Of a stretch of DNA of 64,000 nt, positions 1-9,309 are shown in pieces. The DNA is taken from assembly GCA_026770705.1 (NCBI GenBank), contig JANJGN010000189.1, forward strand, positions 310,001 through 374,000, given 5' to 3'. This stretch comes from Isurus oxyrinchus. Taxonomy: Eukaryota. Position 1 is the first letter of the stretch. The number at the start of each line of letters is the position of its first letter. The notes under the pieces were generated by a model, which saw nothing but the letters and a program-made list of their open reading frames with translations, made no database searches and was not told the DNA's origin. The position numbers and the translations under genes are program-made.

Positions 1-120
1 ACTGAGGGAGTGCTGAACTGTTGGAAGGTCAGTAGTGAGGGAGGGATACAGTGTCAGAAGATCAGTCCTGTGGGAGTGCTGCACTGTCAGAAGGTGTGTA
101 CCGAGGTAGTGCTGCACACA
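1..120 (+). repeat. 33-bp CAGTACTGAGGGAGTGCTGCACTGTCGGAGGGT repeat, degenerate
   Basis: Same unit as the arrays at 15 kb, 25 kb and 28 kb. Confidence 0.75.
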
Positions 121-334
121 GCCAGACAATGCCGTGGTTATGATGTGTCCACACAGCAGGACTGGGGAGCACCAGGTATAAGGAAAAGTTTCAGCTTGCT
201 GAGGAGAAGAAGGAGAATCTCTCGTTCCAGGTTTCTCTCCGTACATTAAGAAGCAGGCATGCCGATGTTTCATTGCACTCTGTCTGCTGATGGGAGTCCG
301 CTTGGAAATTGCTGTTTGTGCTGATGGAAAGAAT

Positions 335-950
335 AAACTTTTCATAAATCGAGGGATTGAGTACAAACACAGGGAGGTTATGCTGAACATTTATAAAGCT
401 CTGGTTAGGTCACAACTAGAGTATTGTGTCCAGTTCTGGTCTCCTCACTTTGGGAAGGAAGTGAGGGTCCTTGAGAGGGTGGGGAGGAGATTGAGCAGAA
501 TGGGTCCAGGGATGAGGGATTTTAGCTACAAGGTTGGGTTGGAGAAGCTGGGGTTGTTCTCCTTGGAGCAAAGGAGATTGAGGGGGGACCTGATCGAGGT
601 GTACAAGATGATGATGGGTTTAGATACGGTAGACAAAGAGAAGCTGTTGCCATTAGCTGATGGGACAAGGACTGGGGGACACAGATTGAAGGTTTTGGGC
701 AGAGGGGGATGTGAGGAGGAACTTTTTTAAACAGCGAGTGGTAATGAGCTGGAACTCACTGCCTACGAGGATGGTGGAAGCGGAGACGATGAACAATTTC
801 AAAAGGAAATTGGATGGACACTTGAGGGGAAATAAACTCACAGGGATACGGGGATAGAGAGGGGGAATGGGACTGAGTGGATTGCTCTACAGAGAGACAG
901 CATGGACTCAATGGGCTGAATGGGCTCCCACTGTGCTGGAATGCCTCTCT
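335..950 (+). mobile_element. CR1 LINE 3' fragment
   Basis: LYKALVRSQLEYCVQFWSP..LGLFSLEQRRLRGDLIEVYK, the CR1 ORF2 C-terminus, plus 3' UTR. Confidence 0.9.
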
Positions 951-1059
951 GATACGAAGGTGATTTTAACCAGGACACTGACCAGTTTCATTGCAACTTA
1001 ACCCAACATCACACATTATTTGTCCGCACTGACTGACCAGATTGTTGCTGTACAAAGCT

Positions 1060-1199
1060 TCAAACAGTCTGTCGACTTCCTTTCACTGTTTGTCTCTCCC
1101 AGACACAGACTCCAGTGATAGTGATAACCACAGCCACAAGGAATATCACAGCTCGTATTCCCAGGATCAGGATCACGTGCAGAATCTCTCCTCCACTGT
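1060..1199 (-). CDS. Gene A terminal TM exon: (Y)SGGEILHVILILGIRAVIFLVAVVITITGVCVWERQTVKGSRQTV*
   Basis: Acceptor ttctctag at 1200-1201, phase 1; hydrophobic helix with an internal Arg; short Tyr-free tail; TGA at 1060-1062. Confidence 0.85.
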
Positions 1200-2862
1200 C
1201 TAGAGAACACACAGAAAGAAATCATCACTGACTCTCCACTTTCAATCTCTCACTCTGGCTGAACAATCAAGCTTCATAACACTGCAACATTTGCTGTAAT
1301 ATTGACCCATCCACTGGGATTCAATGTGGAATGAATGTTTTCATTGTAAACACTCCAAGAGTGGACAATCGGAACTTTCCCCTTAGCGTGGAACATTGGT
1401 GAGAATGGATCATTGTGCTGTTGGACTCCCTGTCCAATGTTTCTCTCCATCGCTGTGTACAGGATTGTGCTGTAGAAAATTCTGGAAATGTTTAGTGCAG
1501 GGTGGAAATCCATCTCGGATGCGTGTGCGAATCGGGCAGGATCGAGATGGACTCCCCCACGGACTTACACACCCCGCTAAATAAACAGTTCCAATCTTTA
1601 CCCAGAGAGAGGGGAGAATGTGGAACTCACTCCCACTGGGAATGGTTGAGGTGAACAGTATCGATGTATTTAAGGGGCAGGAGGGTCGGTAACCAGAGGG
1701 GCACAGATTGACGAACCGGAGGGGGAGATGAGGAGAATTTGTTTTGACAGAGCGAGTTGTTGTGATCTGGAAGGTGCTGCCTGAAAGGGTGGTGGAAGCA
1801 GATTCAATAGGAACTTTCAAAAGGGGAATTGGATAAACACTTGAAGGAGGAAGATGGGGGCAAAGTGGAGTGGTGGTTAGTGGATCTGATTGGATAGAAC
1901 ATTGAAAGACCTGGCACAGGCACAATGGGCTGAATGGCCTCCTCCTGTGCTGTATCATTCTCCGCTTCCATGATCTCTCCCCCAGTCAGTAACCACTCCA
2001 GATCCCTCTTGAAGGTGACAGAGAAACAGCAACCACCACACCCACTGACAGCACATTCCCGAGGATCACTACTCTCTGGGAAAAGATGAACTCCCCAACA
2101 TCCAGCCTATTCCTGCTTCCCGGAGAGTGTAAACACTTCAGGGAGGTGCTGAGGAAGTTCTCAATAAAATGAATTATCAAATCTACCATTTGAGAAATAA
2201 TTGAATTCCGATGAACTCCCAGCTTGTGTAGCAAACTGGGAAGTAGATTTGCTTGAAAAGCTGGGAAACACAAGGATTAAGTGCTACAATGCCACCACTG
2301 GTGGGAGGCTGTAACTACAGTGTGACGTTTACATAGGCAGTCATCACTATAAACAGGGGCTTTGGACATAATGGGCACGGAAATAGTGAGAACAGGATGT
2401 AAGCTTTTCATCAGCAGGAATTCTCTTACTAAACCTCTCCACCTCTCTCTTACTCTCAGATTCACAAAAAAATCACAGAATCAGATAAAGAGGAGTTGGG
2501 ACTAGTTATTCGTCAAAGGGTTAGGTTTCAGGTAGCTCCTTAAAGGGAGAGAGAGAGTTGGAGAAGCAGAGAGTATCTATGAGTGCCTCTATGCATCTGA
2601 GTGTTTGTACGAGTAATTTCCATATTCTTCCATAAATATGAATGGGAACACAAATCCCAGAATTCAGCCCACGCTCCAGTGCAGTACTGAGGGAGGTCAG
2701 ATAACCCATGAGGGAGTCTTGTGCTAGTGTGTTTGTTTGTGAGTGTGTCTTTGTGTGTGGTCATATATGTGTGTCTGCACGTGTCTATTTAGGTCTGTAC
2801 GTTTGAGGGTGTTTGTGTAGTATTCGAATCTGAGAGAGATGTTGAAGTCTGTGTACACTCAC

Positions 2863-3015
2863 ATTCCACAGTAATGGTTATGAACCCCTCCACTGCTCCA
2901 TGTTCATTCTCTGCCACACACTGATAGTCTCCAGTGTCCCTGGATGTAACGTGAGGAATCAGCAACCACAGCTCATTGTTGGAACTTCTTCTGTTCATTT
3001 GGACATTCAGATGTC
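2863..3015 (-). pseudogene. Gene A 5'-truncated C2-set Ig exon (..MNRRSSNNELWLLIPHVTSRDTGDYQCVAENEHGAVEGFITITVE)
   Basis: Near-identical to the 3' half of exons 13854-14135, 14615-14896 and 46580-46861; GTGAGT donor kept; homology ends abruptly at ~3015, removing the first Cys and the acceptor. Confidence 0.85.
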
Positions 3016-3538
3016 ATGGCAGGAATCAAGAACCCCGTTCGCACGATTACCAACAGAAAGTGAACAACAATTTATACTTAATGGAAAGACAGTGCTGATT
3101 GGTTGGCAAGTGGTCTCTGATAGGTGGAGGTGTTGCCGTGGAGAATGCTGTTTGCGATATGAGAAGTTTAGACAGCTTGTCTCTTCATTCAGCAATAATC
3201 ATATAAAGATCAATTAACTTCTATCGACTGTGAAGCACTTTGAGTGGCCTGAGAATGTGGATACTGAGAACGGGCTGCACTGTCAGAGGGTCAGCGCTGA
3301 GGGAGTGCTGATGTAGAATGAAAGATGTCGGTACAGTTAATGCTTTTCATCATTGATATTAAAGTGATTTTTAGAGGTTGCTTTGGGACTGAACTGGAAG
3401 CTATCACCAGGTTATTGAGAATCAGACAGTGTGTTATAATAAGCTGTGTTTTGTGTTATTATGTAAACGTCACAGTTTGTGTTATTTCCCATTGAGTGTT
3501 GGATGTGAATTGTTGAGTAATTATAACACAGCACTTAC

Positions 3539-3912
3539 CAGAAACGTGAAGCTGGGTTACAGGATAGTAGCTGTAACTATTCCTGCTGTCAAACTCTATT
3601 CTGAAAAAATAAGGTCCTGCATCTTCCCGTCTGATGTTGTTTATAATCAGGGAACAGTCACCATCTTTCAGGTCTCCAGACAGCCGGGTACGATGGCGGA
3701 ATCTTTGATCCCTGTGATTGTGACCCTCGGAGTGAAAGGCTATAGACCATTTAGGCTGTGGGTTCCCATCTATTCCTTTCAACCAGATTCTGCACGTGAT
3801 CTCCCTACGAAATTTGATAAGTAACTGTAATGACATGGAATCTGTACACATGAACCTTCCTGTGCTGTCACCTCTCATGGAGTGTCACCTTTCCACTCTT
3901 GTGACAGTCCAA
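3539..3912 (-). pseudogene. Gene A Siglec V-set exon, disabled
   Basis: Siglec motifs CVQIPC, GDCSL, DAGPYFFR. Acceptor AG>CG (3913-3914), CGA>TGA at 3875-3877, 1-nt deletion near 3790 (exon 374 nt versus 375/369 in the paralogues). Confidence 0.9.
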
Positions 3913-4615
3913 CGGGGGAGAGAAATATCAATATTTGACTCTGGATGGTTTGTAGATCCACTAGACTCGATATCCACCCCCTCCATCACTGGGGCACAGT
4001 GGCTGCAGTGTGGACCATCTACAGGACACACAAGGAACTCCCCAAGGTTTCACAACAGATAGAAGAGAATCCTGGACACAGGAGTGGACAAGTTCATTCT
4101 ACATTGGCTCATGGTCCTCAGGACCCTGTTTAGTGAAGCCAGTCTTCCATCCAACACAGTGTCTACAAGATACACAGGGAAACTGTGTAAATATCTCATC
4201 TCTCAACACTGAATGGGCTGAGCTTCAGTTTAACTTTCAGTATTTTTAAATTTCCATATTGTGGTTGCTATGGTGAAACTGTGCAGGAAGTGTGAGGGCT
4301 GGACTCTCTGTCTATTCTCACTGCAGCTGTGATGTGGTCGTGGTGATTCTCAGTAAAATGAAACCCTCTGATCTCCTCCATCGCCGAGGTTTAGGGAGTG
4401 AATTCCAGAGCTCAGGTCCCAGGCAGCTGTAGGCACGGCCGCCAGTATTGGAGTGATGGGAATTGGGGGATGGTCAAGAGGCCAGATTTGGAGTAACACA
4501 GAGATCTGGGAAGTTGATTGGTTGCATTGCAGGAGGTTACAGAGATAAAGAGATAAGAATGATCTTTTACAAAGACTGTTAAATATAAATCTGTCCAAGC
4601 TGACGATGATATTAC

Positions 4616-4694
4616 CTTGGAGAAGTGACAAGAGGAAGTAGATTTCCCGATCATTGTCCACTCCCAGATATTCCATCCACTTCTCACTCTCAAG
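4616..4694 (-). CDS. Gene A leader exon (..IYFLLSLLQ|G)
   Basis: ctctttcacag acceptor and CAAG|gtaat donor; ends like the gene B leader (ISLLQG). ATG at 4676 is in frame; ATG at 4654 (MIGK) is 1 nt out of frame. Confidence 0.65.
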
Positions 4695-4939
4695 CTGTGA
4701 AAGAGAAAGGAGTTAATGAGACCTCACCTCTTGTCCGACAGCTCTCGAGAGATCAGAACTGCTTTTAGACAATGTCTTCACAGACTAATTTGATTCTCTG
4801 TGGGATGATAGGTGCTCAGCAGAGAGTTACAAGGCTTTAAGAAAAACAAACAATGAAGGATTTGCATTTCTATAGCACCTTTCACCACCTCAAGACGTCC
4901 CAAAGCTCATGTCTCTGCACTTCCCTCATCCCTTGAGCT

Positions 4940-5320
4940 AGAAAGATGTTCTGTACAACAGACTTGAGTCTCACACCCAGATCTCAATAATCAGTAGAAA
5001 TCTTTCAAAGGCATCAATCATTGGAATCTGTCTTCATAAAGTCACAACATCAACAAAGGACGGTGTTGGTGGTGGAAGTGAATTCCAATCGTTCCGTTAC
5101 TTACCCAGGACCTGTCCGACTGCTCGCCTGGGGAGGAACTGCCCACACGCTCTGCTTGGGCTGAATGACCTCTTCCTGTGCTGCTCCCTCTGTGTATTTA
5201 ATGAGAAAGGGTTGATGTGTGTCTGTGAGTCAAAATGAGGAAGTTGGATCAAAGTGACAGACCAGCTCATGTTTTGAGATGTTGGTGAACTGTTAACCCT
5301 TTGTGTCCTGACCCTGTGTT
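4940..5320. repeat. ~380-bp block duplicated at 11521-11915 (partial third copy 5735-5960)
   Basis: Direct sequence match starting agaaagatgttctgtacaacagacttgag; contains the 85-nt exon-like unit. Confidence 0.9.
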
Positions 5321-5474
5321 GATATTTCTGCTCACAGGTGGACAGTCATTGACCAGGAGTTTCTCCTGTGGGTCAGTGGGTTTCACAGCCAAATTCAGGG
5401 GGTCAGAATGTTGTGGGATTCAAGACCCCATTCAGGGGACGTCTGCCCCACAGAGTAGACTGAAACTGCCCAGC

Positions 5475-5672
5475 GTCAGTCCTGAGGGAGTGCTGCACTG
5501 TCGGATGGTCATTACTGCACTATTGTAAGGTCAGTACTGAGGGAGATCTCCACTGTTTGAGGGTGAGTACTGAGGGAGTGCTGCACTGTCAGAGGGACAT
5601 TAATCAGGGAGTGCTGCAATGTTGGAGGATCAGTACTGAGGGAGTGCTGCACTGTTGAAGGGTCAGTATTAA
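5475..5672 (+). repeat. 33-bp tandem array
   Basis: About 6 units seen directly. Confidence 0.85.
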
Positions 5673-5994
5673 GGTGCTGATTTACAAGACAGGACAATGG
5701 ATTAGGAGCCCTCAGAACTCCCCCCGTGATTTCCAATCATTCCGTTACTTACCCCGGACCTGTCCGACTGCTCGCCTGGGGAGGAACTGCCCACACGCTC
5801 TGCTTGGGCTGAATGACCTCTTCCTGTGCTGCTCCCTATTTGTGTTTAATTAAAAAGGGTGGATGTGTCACTGTGAGACAAAATGAGGAAGTGCTTGGTA
5901 CCAAGTGAGAAAGATGCTCTTTGCCTCGCACTGTTAGAAAACTGTTAACCCTTTGCGTGCCAAGAATGTTTTTGAAGGGCCATTGACTGTTCAC

Positions 5995-6485
5995 ATGCAA
6001 CAAGCTCGAGGGGTTGACTGGGCCTCCTCCTGTTCCTGTGTAACAGGCTCGAGGAGGGTGAATGGGCCTACTCCTGTTCCTGTGTAACAGGTTCAAGGGG
6101 ACAGAATGGGCCTCCTCCTGTTCCTGTGTAACAGGCTCGAGGGGCTGAATGGGCCTCCTCCTGTTTCTGTGTAACAGGCTCATGGGGCACAATGGGTCTC
6201 CTCCTGGTTCTGTGTAACAGGCTCGAGGGGCTGAATGGGCCTCCTCCTGTTCCTGTGTAAAAGGCTCGAGGGGCTGAATGGGCCTCCTCCTGTTCCTGTG
6301 TAAAAGGCTCGAGGGGCTGAATGGGCCTCCTCCTGTTCCTGTGTAACAGGCTCATGGGGGCTGAATGGCCTCCTTCTCTCACTGTGTACCAGGCTCATGG
6401 GGCTGAGTGGGCCTCCTCCTGTTCCTGTGTAAAAGGCTAAAGGGGCTGAATTGGCCTTCCCCAGTTCCTGTGTACCAGGCTCGAG
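5995..6485 (+). repeat. ~40-bp minisatellite CTCCTCCTGTTCCTGTGTAACAGGCTCGAGGGGCTGAATGGGC
   Basis: Tandem units resembling the CR1 3' end. Confidence 0.9.
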
Positions 6486-6489
6486 TACA

Positions 6490-7340
6490 TTAGGAGCATC
6501 ATTGGAAGCAGCGTTTCACTTGCACTTCCCTCAATTTAATCTACTGCCTTCACTGCTCCCAATGTGGTCTCCTCTACATGGGACAGACCAAACACAGACT
6601 GGGTGATCGCTCTGATGAACACCTTCGGTCTGTCCACAAGCATGACCCAGACCTCCCTGTCGCTTGCCATTTTAACACCCCACCCTGCTCTCATGCCCAC
6701 ATGTCCGTCCTTGGCCTGCTGCATTGTTCCAGTGAAGCCCAACACAAATAGGAGGAACAACACCTCATCTTCCGACCAGGCACTTTACAGCCTTCCGGTC
6801 TGAATATTGAGTTCAACACTTTCAGATCATGAACTCTCTCCTCCATCCCCACTCCCTTTCCAATCTCCCTTTTCCATTAATTTATCAGTTTTAATATTTT
6901 TTTTATTTATATATTTTTCTTTTCCCACATTTTTCCATTATTTTTAAATGTTTTACATCTGTTGTTGTATCTCTACCTTTTAGCCTATTTCAATCCTTTC
7001 CCCCCACCCCACCCCCACTAGGACTATCTGTCTCTTGCTCGTCCTGCTTTCTACCCTTAATGTCCCCATTAGCACATTCCTCAGATAATATCACCACCGT
7101 CAACACCCCTTTGTCCTTTTGTCTATCACATCTTTGGCAACCTCTTCTTTACCTCCACCTATCACTGGCCCACAATCCAGCTCTACCTGCCCCACCCCCT
7201 CTACCAGCTAAAACATCACCTCATTTCTCGATTCCCTTAGTTCTGATGAAGAGTCATACAGACCCAAAACGTCAAGTGTGTTCCTCTCCACAGATCCTGT
7301 CAGACCTGCTGAGTTTTTCCAGCTATTTTTGTTTTTGTTC
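6490..7340 (+). mobile_element. Penelope-like element 3' fragment (GIY-YIG)
   Basis: Homologous to 45190-46250; splits the ~40-bp minisatellite. Confidence 0.75.
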
Positions 7341-7862
7341 CCGTTCATGTGGAACAGGCTTGAGTGGCTGAATGGAGCCCCTAATGTTCCTGTGTAACAA
7401 GCTTGTGGAGGCTGAATGGGTCTCCTGTTCCTGTGTAACAGGCTCAAGGGGACAGAATGGGCCTCCTCCTGTTCCTGTGTAACAGGCTCGAGGAGGGTGA
7501 ATGGGCCTCCTCCTGTTCCTGTGTAACAGGCTCAAGGGGACAGAATGGGCCTCCTCCTGTTCCTGTGTAACAGGCTCGAGGAGGGTGAATGGGCCTCCTC
7601 CTGTTCCTGTGTAACACGTTCAAGGGGACAGAATGGGCCTCCTCCTGTTCCTCTGTAAAAGACTCGAGGAGGGTGAATGGGCCTCCTCCTGTTCCTGTGT
7701 AACAGGCTCGAGGAGGGTGAATAGGCCTCCTCCTGTTCCTGTGTAACAGGTTCAAGGGGACAGAATGGGCCTCCTCCTGTTCCTGTGTAACAGGCTTAAG
7801 GGAACAGACTGGGCCTCCTCCTGTTCCTGTGTAACAGGCTCGAGGAGCTGAATGTCCTCCTC
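7340..7862 (+). repeat. ~40-bp minisatellite, second block
   Basis: Same unit as 5995-6485. Confidence 0.9.
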
Positions 7863-9192
7863 TCATTAAAAATAAATACTGCAGATGCTGTAAATCTGAA
7901 ATAAACACAGAAAATGCTGCATTAACTCAGCAGGTCTGGCAGCAGCTGTGGAGAGAGAAACAGAGTTTTTGCTTTGAGACTCTGAAGAAGGGTCATACGG
8001 ACTCGAAATGTTAATTCTGTTTATCTCTGCACAGATGCTGCCAGACCTACTCAGTTTCTCCAGGATTTTCTGTTTTTATTTCAGGTGCTCTCTTGTTCCT
8101 GTGTAGCACGCTCAAGGGGGCCTCCTCCTGTTCCGATTCAATGGGCAGTCAAAGCATGTGCCTGATTTTGGACCGCGAACCCAAATCTGTCCTCAGGGCA
8201 TTGATAGAGGAAATGACCAGTTACAGATCAATGCAGGAGGATTATTTATTTTCCCAATCTTTGAATCAAGTATCTCATCAAACACAGAGCGGAAACAGGA
8301 TCGAGGATGTTGGTCTCTGTAATCTGTAACACATCGCAAAGTCCACCCATCCACTCAGCCTTCAGGATGGATGCTAATTGTACTCTCCAAGTGTGAAGGA
8401 CTAAAATGGTGGTTTATTGCAGCTCTATCTCATTCTGTTATCAAAGCTGTCTCATCCATCCAATGACATATTGAAGAAGATAAACCTGCAACCAATTTTT
8501 CACATCATAGTTTCCAATGTTCATTGGCAACATCAATGTAAACATGTCATGCTGAAATGATGTCCTCCCACCAGTGGTGGCACTGTAGCACATCTGTTAT
8601 CCTCTAAGCTGCAGAGAATTTCTCAACTCTCCAATCAAATTGTTTCCCTGTTTCCCAGATTCTTGTTTGTTTCGCTGTTTAACGATGAAGTGTAAAATCC
8701 AAATATATATCTGAAAATACATTTGACTACAAAATGCTGAGTAAATTTTGCCAATCTCCTCTGCTCCAATTATCCACCGATCCTGCATTTCCTGAAGTCT
8801 ACACTGGCTGATGAATATTCTGTAAACACTGACAGACAGAAAGGTGAATAACAGAATGAAAATTAACTCATAATCACGGACACGGGATTGAATTTGTCCG
8901 TTCTGTCCTGGTACATCATCGAACGATATCTAAAGATATTTACAATCAGAATGGAGAGAAGGATGTTTCCAACAGTGAGGGACAATTCTGAAGGAGGATG
9001 TTCGAATTGAAACCCACAGACAATCATCCTGGATAGATCATTCCGAAGAAATTCCATCAGATTGTAACAAGAGGTTTAAATCTATTTCCTGGGAGTGAGT
9101 TCCTGTGGATATTAGGAAGGTAAATTGGAGTTTTGAATGATTCTCCCGTTCTGTATTCTCCCCACACTGTGTGTGTCTCATTCTTGCTCAGT

Positions 9193-9309
9193 TTATAAAT
9201 TCCCATAAACAGAATCCTTGGCAAATTCACAGTTTGCGTAAAGATCATCATCTGTATCAGGATTGACTCCGCGGTTAGATTTCATTTCCAGATCCTTCTC
9301 ATCTTTCTT
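9193..9309 (-). CDS. Gene B terminal cytoplasmic exon KKDEKDLEMKSNRGVNPDTDDDLYANCEFAKDSVYGNL*
   Basis: Strong acceptor tttctattacag; phase-0 frame gives two tyrosine motifs, then TAA at 9193-9195. Confidence 0.75.
   Translation of the reverse strand, partial: KKDEKDLEMKSNRGVNPDTDDDLYANCEFAKDSVYGNL

Larger units (their letters stand above)
1060..4694 (-). pseudogene. Gene A: Siglec-like activating-type receptor pseudogene (leader - V - truncated C2 - Arg-containing TM)
   Basis: V exon has a destroyed acceptor, a nonsense codon and a frameshift; C2 exon lacks its 5' half; TM/tail exon is intact. Confidence 0.85.

Noticed and set aside
4728-4797. Extra exon just upstream of the gene A leader exon
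   Set aside because: Has AG/GT sites but would leave a 33-nt intron, too short for normal vertebrate splicing.
5836-7908. LLHRNRRRP / CYTGTGGGP repeat ORFs
   Set aside because: ~40-bp minisatellite resembling the CR1 3' end.
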